DNA of 49,482 nucleotides from Candidatus Aminicenantes bacterium. GTDB taxonomy: Bacteria > Acidobacteriota > Aminicenantia > UBA2199. Position numbers and translations under genes: made by a program. The first letter of the stretch is position 1. Every line of letters starts with the position of its first letter. The DNA is taken from NCBI GenBank assembly GCA_027318645.1, contig DAHVOV010000221.1, positions 1 through 49,482 on the forward strand, read 5' to 3'. Below the pieces are notes generated by a model, which saw nothing but the letters and a program-made list of their open reading frames with translations, was not told where the DNA came from and did no database searches. Below, in pieces: positions 9,336-17,341 of the stretch.

Positions 9336-9371
9336 TGCTGTTCCTAACACAAACACTAACACTAACACTTG
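9336..9371. repeat. GCTGTTCC + AACACW hexamer array
   Basis: gctgttcctaacacaaacactaacactaacactt. Its reverse complement occurs at 49314-49335 and in degenerate form at 30245-30264. Confidence 0.8.
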
Positions 9372-9438
9372 TCTGACTGTGAGATAATCGCTGACAGTTC
9401 ATATACAATTCCCTACGAAACGGCACTTGGGAGGGCAC

Positions 9439-10905
9439 ATGAACAGGACCATGGCATTCATCGCGGCCGCGCTGCTGACCATCGCGCCGCTGGCGGCGCA
9501 ATCCATCCACGTCGACGCGCCCAACGGCGGCGAGACCCTGACCATCGGCACGGGATACGACATCCGCTGGACGGCGACCCGCCTGGACCAGAACGTGAAG
9601 ATCATCCTGGTCAACGACGGCGGCGGCATCGCCGGCCAGATCGCGGGCGAGCTGGCCCCGGGCAGCTCCCCCTATCGCTGGACCGTGGGCGAGATCATCG
9701 GCGGCTCCGCCGGCGCCGGCCGCTACAAGGTGCGCGTGGCGGCCATGGACGGCGGAATCAAGGACATCAGCGACGCCGCCTTCACCATCGCCGAGGCCGG
9801 TTCTGGCGAGCCGCCCGACGAGACCCCCGCCGCGTACTCGATCACCTTGACCTCGCCCAACGGCGGCGAATCCTGGCCGCAGCTCAGCACCCACTCCATC
9901 ACCTGGAGCGTCCGCGGCCTGACCACCGGAGCCGCGGCCATCAGCCTGCTCAAGGACGGCGCCTATGTCGGCGGGGTCGGCACCGTGCCCGACGCGCGGG
10001 TCGGGACCTTCCCCTGGACGGTGGGAGACATTTTTGGAGGGCGCGTCGCCTCCGGGGGCGGCTACCGCATCCGCATCCAGCATCAGTCCGGTAGCCACAT
10101 GGACGACTCCGACCGCGACTTCACCATCACGCCCGCCCCGGGCGGCGGCGGCCACGACTTCATCGTCGGCGATCCGCTGTTGGAGGAGCGCGGCGGCGGC
10201 CGCAAGGGCTTCACGGTCAGGGTCACCGACCAGGGGGCTGATTACGACGGCATCCTGATCCTGCAGCACTACTGCATGGGGATGGGCCTGGGCCACGCCG
10301 TCCAGCAACGCATCCCCGTCAGCCTGCGGCGCAACGTCCCCACGACCGTGGCGCTGGCCGACCTGCGGCCCGAGCTGTTCGCGCGGAAGTGCGACGTGCT
10401 CTTCCGCTTCGACGTCAATCCCAACCGCGCCGTCACCGAGAGCGACTACAACAACAATGTCATGCAGCGCAGCTTCTGCTGGGAGCAGCGCGACAGCCGC
10501 TTCGTATCGCTGCGCCTGGGCCGGAACTACACCGCCACCTGCGAGGATTGCCAGGTGGCCATCCGTCCCGAGGACCTCGAGGGATTTGACGGCACCAGCG
10601 TGCGCATCCGCCTGGAGATCACTGTGCAGAACTGCGGCCGCGATCCGATCCGGCGCGGGACGGTGCGCGTTGTCCACTCGTGGTATTACCGCGACTCCAG
10701 CAACCGGTTCCAGGAGGGGAGCGAACCCCTGGGCGCCTTCGAGGTCTCGGCGATGGAGCAGGGCCAGTTCCGCATCCTGACGCCCACGGTCGTCCTGCGG
10801 CGCTGCGCCAGCAGCACCCTGAGCGTCTACTTCGGCACCGGCGAGAGCGGCGCCCTGGCGGAGAACAACCACTTCGGCTTCCATCCCAATTTCGTGGGAT
10901 TCTAG
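9439..10905 (+). CDS. secreted protein with two Kre9/KNH-like Ig-type repeats and two CARDB-like domains
   Basis: GGGAGGG lies 4 nt upstream of ATG 9439. Signal peptide MNRTMAFIAAALLTIAPLAAQ. Repeats NGGE(T/S)...Y.I.W and SPY(R/K)WTV. CARDB-like endings ESDYNNNV and ENNHFGF. Paralogue of 47480-49246. Confidence 0.7.
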   Translation: MNRTMAFIAAALLTIAPLAAQSIHVDAPNGGETLTIGTGYDIRWTATRLDQNVKIILVNDGGGIAGQIAGELAPGSSPYRWTVGEIIGGSAGAGRYKVRVAAMDGGIKDISDAAFTIAEAGSGEPPDETPAAYSITLTSPNGGESWPQLSTHSITWSVRGLTTGAAAISLLKDGAYVGGVGTVPDARVGTFPWTVGDIFGGRVASGGGYRIRIQHQSGSHMDDSDRDFTITPAPGGGGHDFIVGDPLLEERGGGRKGFTVRVTDQGADYDGILILQHYCMGMGLGHAVQQRIPVSLRRNVPTTVALADLRPELFARKCDVLFRFDVNPNRAVTESDYNNNVMQRSFCWEQRDSRFVSLRLGRNYTATCEDCQVAIRPEDLEGFDGTSVRIRLEITVQNCGRDPIRRGTVRVVHSWYYRDSSNRFQEGSEPLGAFEVSAMEQGQFRILTPTVVLRRCASSTLSVYFGTGESGALAENNHFGFHPNFVGF

Positions 10906-10932
10906 GAGAATGAGCTTACGGTCCCAGCTCTT

Positions 10933-11063
10933 AGTGGTAGTGGTAGTGATAGTGATAGCAACAGCAATTAAAAGAACTAGAACTGAATAGTTTCAAGAGA
11001 AATTTTGAGCTAGCCAATATTCATTGATCTGGCTTTCCTACCACTACCACTATCACTACCACT
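10933..11063. repeat. GGTAGT/GATAGT hexamer hairpin between convergent genes
   Basis: Left arm 10933-10958, linker caacagcaat...ctggctttc, right arm 11038-11063. It sits between the stops at 10905 (+) and 11069 (-). Confidence 0.85.
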
Positions 11064-11068
11064 GGTTC

Positions 11069-11779
11069 CTACGGCTTGATCTTGCCGCTGGCGAGATCGC
11101 AAAGCCAGCGGTGCAGCGGCAGCATGACCTTGAACTTTTCCAGGCTGAAGCCGACCAGATCGGGGGAGTGCAGCTCCGGGGGAATGCGCCCCTCCCAGCC
11201 GGCGTACAGGCCGTCGTGCAGGAGCAGGGGGGCGGTCTCGGGGTCGGCGTCGAAGCCGGCGGGCTGGCGCTTGTAGCGGGCGCCCTCGACCGCGAAGCCG
11301 GGCCGGGCGGCGATGCGGCGGACGATGGCGGCTAGCTCAGGTCCGATGGCCGGGTCGGCGACGGCGCGGCGATAGAGGGCGAGGAACGGGCGTGAGAACA
11401 CGTACATGCCGCCTCCCAGGATCAGGACCGGCGGCTCGATGTGAAAGTAGAATCCCGAGCTGTCTATGCGCCGGACCGCGCCCTCCCAGAAATAGACCCC
11501 CAGGTTGGTCTTGTAGGGTGTCTTGTCGGCGCTGAAGCGGGTGTCGCGCTGCACGCGGAAGATCGAGCCGTTCACCCGCGGCTCGAAGCGGACGGCCGGC
11601 GCCAGGCGCCGCAGCCGCTCGCCCAGGGCCATGACGAAGGCCCGGGCAGGCGCCATCACCGCCTCCTCATATTCGCCGCGATGGGCGGCGAACCATTCGC
11701 GGTCGTTGTTCTTCTTCAGCTCGCGCAGGAACGTCAGTGTGGCCTTGGGGAAGCCGCAGAACGAGCTCGTCGTGTTCAT
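11069..11779 (-). CDS. DUF2461 (TIGR02453) family protein
   Basis: FLRELKKNNDREWFAAHRGEYE and VQRDTRFSADKTPYKTNLGVYF are hallmark motifs. Confidence 0.85.
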   Translation of the reverse strand: MNTTSSFCGFPKATLTFLRELKKNNDREWFAAHRGEYEEAVMAPARAFVMALGERLRRLAPAVRFEPRVNGSIFRVQRDTRFSADKTPYKTNLGVYFWEGAVRRIDSSGFYFHIEPPVLILGGGMYVFSRPFLALYRRAVADPAIGPELAAIVRRIAARPGFAVEGARYKRQPAGFDADPETAPLLLHDGLYAGWEGRIPPELHSPDLVGFSLEKFKVMLPLHRWLCDLASGKIKP

Positions 11780-11804
11780 GAAGCCAGTATATCATGAATG
11801 GGCT

Positions 11805-11970
11805 CCAGGGAAGACAGAGTGGAAGCGGAACTCTCAGAATCTAAGTGGTAGTGGTAGTGATAGTAGCAGCAATGAACGACGCATAAAAAGAGGAAAAAAC
11901 CATCTGATATGGCTTTTCCCACTCTATCCTCCCTCTCTCCTCCCTCATTCTTCCCTTTGTCTTTCCCTGA
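11805..11970. repeat. GGGAAGA-family hairpin with a truncated left arm and a nested GGTAGT module
   Basis: ccagggaagacagagtgga (11805-11823), then the nested aagtggtagtggtagtgatagtagcagcaat (11843-11873), then the full right arm ggcttttcccactct...ctttccctga (11911-11970). Confidence 0.8.
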
Positions 11971-11993
11971 GTTCAACTGGATCGGTACACTGG

Positions 11994-12045
11994 TTGACAA
12001 AAGTGAATAACGATACTATAATTAATAATAAGAATTAATATTAAA
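11994..12045 (+). promoter_or_regulatory. consensus sigma-70 promoter with an overlapping AT-rich Fur/PerR-box-like dyad
   Basis: TTGACA (11994-11999), 17 nt, TATAAT (12017-12022). The near-palindrome ATAATTAATAAT lies at 12018-12029, and AATTAATA is repeated at 12020 and 12033. Confidence 0.6.
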
Positions 12046-12468
12046 ATGCAATTACACAGGCGGAACAGCAAGCAACGCGAGCGGATTTACGAGGCGATAC
12101 ATGCCTCCAACAGTCATCCGACCGCCCAGGAAGTGTACGGCGCTCTGAAACGGGAGATGCCCCGGCTGAGCCTGGGAAACGTCTACCGCAACATCGCCAT
12201 CCTCCTCGAGGAGGGGCGGCTGCAGGCGGGGGAGTTCGGCTGCGGCACCGTGCGCTACGACGCCGTCACCTCCGGCCATTACCACTTCGTGTGCGAGCGC
12301 TGCGGCGCGGTCAGTGACCTGGACATGCCCGCCGCCGAGGGGATCACCGCGGAGGCCCGTCGCCTGTCGCCTCACCGCATCAGCGGCCATACCGTGCGCT
12401 TCTACGGCACCTGCGCTGCCTGCCTCGCCGCGGAGAGCCAAGCAAAATCAAAACAAAGGAGAAAATAA
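12046..12468 (+). CDS. Fur-family transcriptional repressor, PerR-like by context
   Basis: Winged-helix region SHPTAQEVY...LSLGNVYRNIAIL, HYHFVCERCG and a C-terminal CAAC metal site. It is followed directly by a peroxiredoxin gene. Confidence 0.85.
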   Translation: MQLHRRNSKQRERIYEAIHASNSHPTAQEVYGALKREMPRLSLGNVYRNIAILLEEGRLQAGEFGCGTVRYDAVTSGHYHFVCERCGAVSDLDMPAAEGITAEARRLSPHRISGHTVRFYGTCAACLAAESQAKSKQRRK

Positions 12469-12470
12469 AC

Positions 12471-13184
12471 ATGGAACAGAACGCGACCGTCAGCATGCCT
12501 CGGATCGGCGACAAAGCGCCGTCGTTCAAGGCCGTCACCACCCAGGGCGAGATCAACTTCCCCGAGCAGTACGCTGGGAAATGGGTCATCCTGTTCAGCC
12601 ACCCGGCCGACTTCACCCCGGTGTGCACCTCGGAGTTCATGACCTTCGCCAGCATGGAGGGGAAGTTCAGCGAGCTGAACTGCCAGTTGGTCGGCCTCTC
12701 GGTCGACGGCCTGTACAGCCACATCGCCTGGCTGCGCACCATCAAGGACAAGATCGAGTACAAGGGGATGAAGAACGTCGAGGTGAAGTTCCCGCTGATC
12801 GAGGACATCACCATGAACGTGGCCAAGATGTACGGCATGATGCAGCCGGGCGAGAGCTCGACCAAGGCCGTGCGCGCCGTCTTCTTCATCGACCCCAAGG
12901 GGATCATCCGCACCATCATCTACTATCCGCTGAGCATGGGCCGCAACTTCGACGAGCTGCTGCGCGTGCTGCAGGCGCTGCAGACCGCCGACGCCTTCGG
13001 CGTGGCCACCCCGGCCGACTGGCGCCCGGGCGACGACGTCATCGTGCCCACCGCCGGCTCCTGCGGCGTGGCCAAGGAGCGCATGGAGGGCAAGGAGGCG
13101 GGCGTCACCTGCCACGACTGGTTCTTCTGCACCAAAAAGATCGACAAGGAGAAGGTGCTGGGCACCATCAAGAAAGCCAAATAA
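12471..13184 (+). CDS. peroxiredoxin (Prx6/1-Cys-like with an archaeal-type C-terminal Cys pair)
   Basis: GKWVILFSHPADFTPVCTSEF active site, C-terminal CGVAKER...VTCHDWFFC, and AAGGAG upstream of the ATG. Confidence 0.9.
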   Translation: MEQNATVSMPRIGDKAPSFKAVTTQGEINFPEQYAGKWVILFSHPADFTPVCTSEFMTFASMEGKFSELNCQLVGLSVDGLYSHIAWLRTIKDKIEYKGMKNVEVKFPLIEDITMNVAKMYGMMQPGESSTKAVRAVFFIDPKGIIRTIIYYPLSMGRNFDELLRVLQALQTADAFGVATPADWRPGDDVIVPTAGSCGVAKERMEGKEAGVTCHDWFFCTKKIDKEKVLGTIKKAK

Positions 13185-13189
13185 GATGA

Positions 13190-13262
13190 GTGTCAGTGAC
13201 AGTGTCAGTGTCAGCAAGGCAATGAACCGACTCTGGGCTTCCTTGCCGACACTTCCACTGAT
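13190..13262. repeat. GTGTCA/GTGACA hexamer hairpin just after the peroxiredoxin stop
   Basis: gtgtcagtgacagtgtcagtgtcag + caaggcaat...gggcttccttg + ccgacacttccactgat. Related arrays lie at 44655-44675 and 30281-30300. Confidence 0.75.
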
Positions 13263-13296
13263 GCGGGTTTCCTGATCATCGTTTCTCCTCCTCCCT

Positions 13297-13336
13297 GGGA
13301 CGCCGCGGCCCCCATGGCGCGGCGTCCCCTTTCTCG
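13297..13336 (+). terminator. intrinsic terminator candidate downstream of the peroxiredoxin gene
   Basis: Perfect 11-bp GC stem gggacgccgcg/cgcggcgtccc with a 10-nt loop, followed by cTTTCTC. Confidence 0.5.
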
Positions 13337-13364
13337 GCTTCCTTCCGGCGATGGCATCTGTTCT

Positions 13365-13393
13365 TTCACTTTGCGCATGAATTCCTGTAGAAT
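13365..13393 (+). promoter_or_regulatory. sigma-70-type promoter candidate for the MORN/PD40 lipoprotein gene
   Basis: TTCACT-17 nt-TAGAAT, 26 nt upstream of ATG 13420. Confidence 0.4.
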
Positions 13394-13419
13394 GGGCAGG
13401 TGACGGGAGGGAGGTTCGC

Positions 13420-14703
13420 ATGGGAATAGGCCGGCCTCTTTTCTTGGCGTTCTTGCTCATCGCCGGCGTCGCGGCCTGCCGGAAGGCGGAGCGGCATGTG
13501 GAGTATTTCAAGGCTGGCGGCGTCAAGCTGGTGCAGGAGCGCAAGGACGGGAAAGCGCATGGCCGGACCAGCGGTTACTTCCTGAGCGGCAAAAAAGCGT
13601 TTGAGCAGGAATACCGGCTGGGCAGCCCGCACGGGAAACTGACGCTGTGGTACCCGGATGGCCGCATCCGCATGGAGGGTCTGTATCGGGAAGGGCAACG
13701 GCACGGGCCGTGGGTCGACTACCATGAGAATGGCCGGAAAAAGAGCGCCTGGGAGTACAAAGACGGCCTGCCGCACGGGGCGTTGTACGAATGGGATCCC
13801 GATGGCAACCTGTCCCGGAGCGAAGTCTATCGGGACGGCTACTATGAGAGGCCACGGGTCGCGGGCAACTATCTTGGGCAGAGTCCCCCTGGCGTGCGGC
13901 CGGAGATCTTTGCGCCAGGCGTCGTGAGCACCGATGAATGCCCTGAAATCGGATGCGCGTTCTCCCCGGACGGGCGTGAGTTTTACTTCACCAGGCTCGA
14001 GGGCGGTTCGCTCGATGACAGGCGGACGATCCGCTTCATGAGGCGGGAGGACGGGGGCGACCGCTGGACGGTCCCGCGGCCGGCGTCGTTTTCCGGCCGC
14101 TGGGATGACATCGAGCCGATGTTCGCCCCCGATGGCAAACGGCTTTTTTTCGGCAGCGATCGCCCCCTGGACGGACAGGGCGAACAAAAGGATACGGATG
14201 TCTGGTTCGTGGAGCGGACCGCCGCCGGCTGGTCCGTCCCCCGGAACGCCGGGCCCGCGATCAACACCACCAACCGCGAGTTCCATGCGAGCGCCACCCG
14301 GGATGGAACGCTGTATTTCGCCGGGATCGAGCGGGACGGCGGCGACATCTATCGCTCGCGGCTGCGAAAAGGCGCCTACTCCCCGCGCGAATTGCTGCCC
14401 AGGATGATCAACAGCGACGACCAGGAGACGCACCCATATATCGCGCCGGACGAGAGCTTCCTCCTTTTCGAGCGGGGCCCCAGGCTGAACGTTCAGGGCC
14501 AGTACGGTCTTTTCATCAGTTTCCGCACTCCCGGCGATTCCTGGTCCCGTCCCCGTTACCTGGGAGAGGCCAACAATGGCGGCAGTCGGGCCGGTTTCCC
14601 CATGGTGAGCCCCGATGGCAAGTACCTGTTCTTCGCCAGGGACGGCGACATCTACTGGGTGAGCAGCCAGGTGCTGAAGCTGGCAACGAATTTTTTGTGG
14701 TAG
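13420..14703 (+). CDS. lipoprotein with MORN-variant (YwqK-like) repeats and a TolB/PD40-like beta-propeller
   Basis: Leader ending LIAGVAAC. Repeats G.W..Y..G and LPHG. Four to five FSPDG/FAPDGK/VSPDGKYLFF PD40 motifs. Confidence 0.75.
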   Translation: MGIGRPLFLAFLLIAGVAACRKAERHVEYFKAGGVKLVQERKDGKAHGRTSGYFLSGKKAFEQEYRLGSPHGKLTLWYPDGRIRMEGLYREGQRHGPWVDYHENGRKKSAWEYKDGLPHGALYEWDPDGNLSRSEVYRDGYYERPRVAGNYLGQSPPGVRPEIFAPGVVSTDECPEIGCAFSPDGREFYFTRLEGGSLDDRRTIRFMRREDGGDRWTVPRPASFSGRWDDIEPMFAPDGKRLFFGSDRPLDGQGEQKDTDVWFVERTAAGWSVPRNAGPAINTTNREFHASATRDGTLYFAGIERDGGDIYRSRLRKGAYSPRELLPRMINSDDQETHPYIAPDESFLLFERGPRLNVQGQYGLFISFRTPGDSWSRPRYLGEANNGGSRAGFPMVSPDGKYLFFARDGDIYWVSSQVLKLATNFLW

Positions 14704-14728
14704 CAGCCTCATGGGTCGAGCTACAGTA

Positions 14729-14822
14729 AGTGATTGGTAATTAGTGATCAGTGATTGGAACAGCGTAGATCGATCTATTGCTTTTACTAATCACTAATCA
14801 CCAATCACAAATCACTGATCAC
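14729..14822. repeat. AGTGATT heptad hairpin
   Basis: Left arm agtgattggtaattagtgatcagtgattgg, linker aacagcgtagatcgatctattgctttt, right arm actaatcactaatcaccaatcacaaatcactgatcac. Confidence 0.85.
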
Positions 14823-14856
14823 GTTGCCCTCTCCTTTCGCCGGGTGCATTTTCTCC

Positions 14857-14925
14857 TCACGCGTCACGCGTCACGATAGCTCGGAAAGCTTCCAGCCGTC
14901 TGCCGTCCGCCGTCAGCCGTACGCC
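14857..14925. repeat. unpaired half-arrays (CACGCGT heptads, then CCGTNNG heptads)
   Basis: ctcacgcgtcacgcgtcacgat matches 9305-9322 and the reverse complement of 17072-17100. ccgtctgccgtccgccgtcagccgtacgcc is the complement-strand form of the ACGGYGT arrays. Confidence 0.7.
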
Positions 14926-14936
14926 AAGTCCATTAT

Positions 14937-14965
14937 TTGCCACCGCGCCCTGCCTGTGCTATAAG
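14937..14965 (+). promoter_or_regulatory. sigma-70-type promoter candidate giving a leaderless lipid-kinase/plsC mRNA
   Basis: TTGCCA-17 nt-TATAAG. The -10 box ends 6 nt before ATG 14972 and there is no SD. Confidence 0.45.
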
Positions 14966-14971
14966 CCCTGC

Positions 14972-15886
14972 ATGGCCCCGGACCAGAAAACCATGCTCGT
15001 AGTGAACCCCCACGCCGGAGGCGGCCGCGGCGCGCGGATCTTCCCCGCCGTGCGCGCCATGCTCGAGCCGCGCTTCCCCGCGCTGGCGCTGCGGGTCTCC
15101 GAGCGGCCCGGCCAGGCGCTGGACTTCGGCCGCGAGGCGCTGGCCGAGGGCTACGGCAGGGTCATCTGCGTGGGCGGTGACGGCACCCCCTTCGAGGTGG
15201 TCAGCGGCATGTTCGCCGCCGGCGCCCCGGCCCCCGGCCTCGAACTGGGGCTGGTGCCGGCCGGCACCGGCAACTCCTTCCTGCGCGATTTCTCGCTGGG
15301 CACCTGGGGCGAGGCCGTGGCCGCCATCCTGGCCGGCCGGCGCCGCCCCGTCGACGTGGTCGAGGCCGTTTATGACGACAGCGGCCGGGAGGCCCGGCGC
15401 CATTTCCTCAACATCCTGGGCGTGGGGCTGATCGCCGACATCCTGAAGCTGACCAACGAGAAGCTGAAGGGGCTCGGCGCCGCCGGCTACAGCCTTGCCG
15501 TGCTGCTGCGCCTGGCCCGCGGATTGCGCAACCGCCTGCGGCTGACCCTGGACGGCGAGGAGCGGGAGATCGCCGACTCCGCCCTGGTCGTCTCGAACTC
15601 CAGGTTCACCGGCGGGGCCATGAAGATCGCCCCCATGGCCGACCCGGGCGACGGCCGCGCCGACCTGGTCGCCTTCCAGGGAGCGAGCCGCCGCGACATG
15701 CTGGCCATCTTCGCCCGCGTCTTCTCCGGAGGCCACCTGCGGCATCCCCGGGTCTGGAGCCGCCTGGTCGCCGGGCTGACGGTGAAGGCCGACCCGCCGC
15801 AGCGGCTCATGGCCGACGGCGAGCTGCTGGGTCGCACGCCGCTGCGGCTGCGGGTGCTGCCCGCCGCCCTCACGGTGCTGGCATGA
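14972..15886 (+). CDS. diacylglycerol/lipid kinase family protein (YegS/BmrU-like)
   Basis: MLVVNPHAGGGRG, ICVGGDGT and GLVPAGTGNSF motifs. Confidence 0.85.
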   Translation: MAPDQKTMLVVNPHAGGGRGARIFPAVRAMLEPRFPALALRVSERPGQALDFGREALAEGYGRVICVGGDGTPFEVVSGMFAAGAPAPGLELGLVPAGTGNSFLRDFSLGTWGEAVAAILAGRRRPVDVVEAVYDDSGREARRHFLNILGVGLIADILKLTNEKLKGLGAAGYSLAVLLRLARGLRNRLRLTLDGEEREIADSALVVSNSRFTGGAMKIAPMADPGDGRADLVAFQGASRRDMLAIFARVFSGGHLRHPRVWSRLVAGLTVKADPPQRLMADGELLGRTPLRLRVLPAALTVLA

Positions 15887-16602
15887 GGAAAGCCGCTGCC
15901 CTCGCCCGCTCGCTCGTCATCTGGGGGATCGGCTGGACCTGGTTCTCCCTCGGCGGGTTTTGCCTGCTCCTGATCGGGATATTCCGGGCCGGCCGCATTT
16001 TCGAGTCCTGGCTGAAAGGACTGTGCCGCTCCCTGGTGTGGCTTTGCGGGATCCGCATCACCGTCTCGGGGAGGGAGAATTTCGCCCCCGGCCGCCAGTA
16101 CCTGCTGATGCTGAACCATGTCAACATCCTGGACGCCTTCGTCTTCTACTCCGCCTTCCCGGGCTGGGCCCGGGGCATCGAGGAAGAGAGCCACTTCGAC
16201 TGGCCGGTCTACGGCTGGGTGATCCGGCGCATGGGCCAGGTCCCGGTCAGCCGCAAGAGCGGCATCAAGGCCATGGAATCGCTGCGCCGCGCCGCGGACC
16301 TGATCCGCAAGCGGCGGGAATTTTCCTTCATGGTCCTGCCCGAGGGGACGCGCACCCGCGACGGCCGGCTGGGCCCGTTCAAGAAGGGCGGCTTCCTGCT
16401 GGCCCTGGAGACCGGGCTGGACATACTGCCCCTGGTGCAGAAGGGCGCCTACCGCGTCAACCGCCGCGGCAGCCTGCTGCTCCGCCCCGGCCGCGTCGAG
16501 TTCGTCATCGAGAAGCCGGTGGCCACGCAGGGTTTCGGCCGCGAGAACATCCACGAATTGATGAACCAGGTTAGGAACGTCTACCTGCGGCACGTGGAAT
16601 GA
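15883..16602 (+). CDS. plsC: 1-acyl-sn-glycerol-3-phosphate acyltransferase
   Basis: NHVNILD (H-x4-D) and VLPEGTRTRDGRLGPFKKG motifs. ATGA overlap with the lipid kinase gene. Confidence 0.85.
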   Translation: MRKAAALARSLVIWGIGWTWFSLGGFCLLLIGIFRAGRIFESWLKGLCRSLVWLCGIRITVSGRENFAPGRQYLLMLNHVNILDAFVFYSAFPGWARGIEEESHFDWPVYGWVIRRMGQVPVSRKSGIKAMESLRRAADLIRKRREFSFMVLPEGTRTRDGRLGPFKKGGFLLALETGLDILPLVQKGAYRVNRRGSLLLRPGRVEFVIEKPVATQGFGRENIHELMNQVRNVYLRHVE

Positions 16603-16609
16603 AAAAAGT

Positions 16610-16715
16610 GCTCAGGGAAGAATGAGGGAAGAGAAAGGGAAGAGAGAGGGAAGACAGAGTGGGAAAAGCCTTTTCTTGATTTCTGCCCCGGCTTGATTTC
16701 CCTTTGCCTTTCTGG
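16610..16715. repeat. GGGAAGA-family element with a degenerate right arm
   Basis: gctcagggaagaatgagggaagagaaagggaagagagagggaagacagagtgggaaaagcc, then only atttccctttgcctttctgg remains of the complementary arm. Confidence 0.8.
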
Positions 16716-16793
16716 CGGCTCGTCGGGAATTGAAAACGGGGCGCATCGCTGCTACCATGCTCCCGGGCTCGCTTCAGGCCTGGCGGGGGACGC

Positions 16794-17009
16794 ATGGGAC
16801 TTCTCGTGGGCTATATATTCATCCTCTTCGGGGTGATCTTCTTCTTCGCCGGCGGCGGCGCAGCGGTCATCGCGGCGCTCGTCTCCGGCCGCTATGCCGA
16901 CGCGGCGCGGATGCCGCAGATCCTCTTCGCCGTCACCGGCTTCGCCTTTTGGCTCTTCGGCGGGGTGCTGATGCTCGTCGGCTGGCTCCGGGGGCGCAGG
17001 AAGCCATGA
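16794..17009 (+). CDS. small two-helix membrane protein (hypothetical)
   Basis: 71-aa ORF with two hydrophobic helices, GGGGGA upstream and host-like codon bias. No homology recognised. Confidence 0.4.
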   Translation: MGLLVGYIFILFGVIFFFAGGGAAVIAALVSGRYADAARMPQILFAVTGFAFWLFGGVLMLVGWLRGRRKP

Positions 17010-17070
17010 CGTTCACCCCGGTCGCGACGGTAAATGGACCTGGGCGCACGGCAGGAAGCTTTTTCGAACT

Positions 17071-17156
17071 ATCGTGACGCGTAACGCGTGACGCGTGACC
17101 AGTAGCAGCCATAAACTCGACCAATCGTAATTCGTGATCCGTAATTCGTGATTCGG
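17071..17156. repeat. composite CGTGACG array + linker + CGTRATT array (reverse complement of 9249-9327)
   Basis: atcgtgacgcgtaacgcgtgacgcgtgacc agtagcagccataaactcgaccaat cgtaattcgtgatccgtaattcgtgattcgg. Confidence 0.85.
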
Positions 17157-17200
17157 AACGGCAATCGATCGGTTGATGCTGTTTCTGTTTATTTCTCTTT

Positions 17201-17298
17201 CAACGTGGAACGTGGTACGTGGTACGTGGAACCTCGACGGACTGGGAGGTTATCAAGACCTGAAATGGTATGTGGAACGTGGTACGTGGAACCTCGAT
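17201..17298. repeat. two ACGTGGW heptad arrays (reverse complement of 9081-9124, one full and one partial)
   Basis: caacgtggaacgtggtacgtggtacgtggaacctcgacggactg and gtatgtggaacgtggtacgtggaacctcgat. Confidence 0.85.
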
Positions 17299-17341
17299 GC
17301 TCTTATAGGTTTTTCTTCCGTATGCCGTATGCCGAGCCCTG

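Noticed and set aside
9100-9387. ORFs running through repeat DNA: 9100-9387, 11776-12000, 17148-18080 N-terminus, 25802-26119, 26583-26810, 47284-47499
   Set aside because: The translations are periodic low-complexity strings that mirror the tandem arrays. They have no RBS and the reading frame is not conserved between repeat copies.
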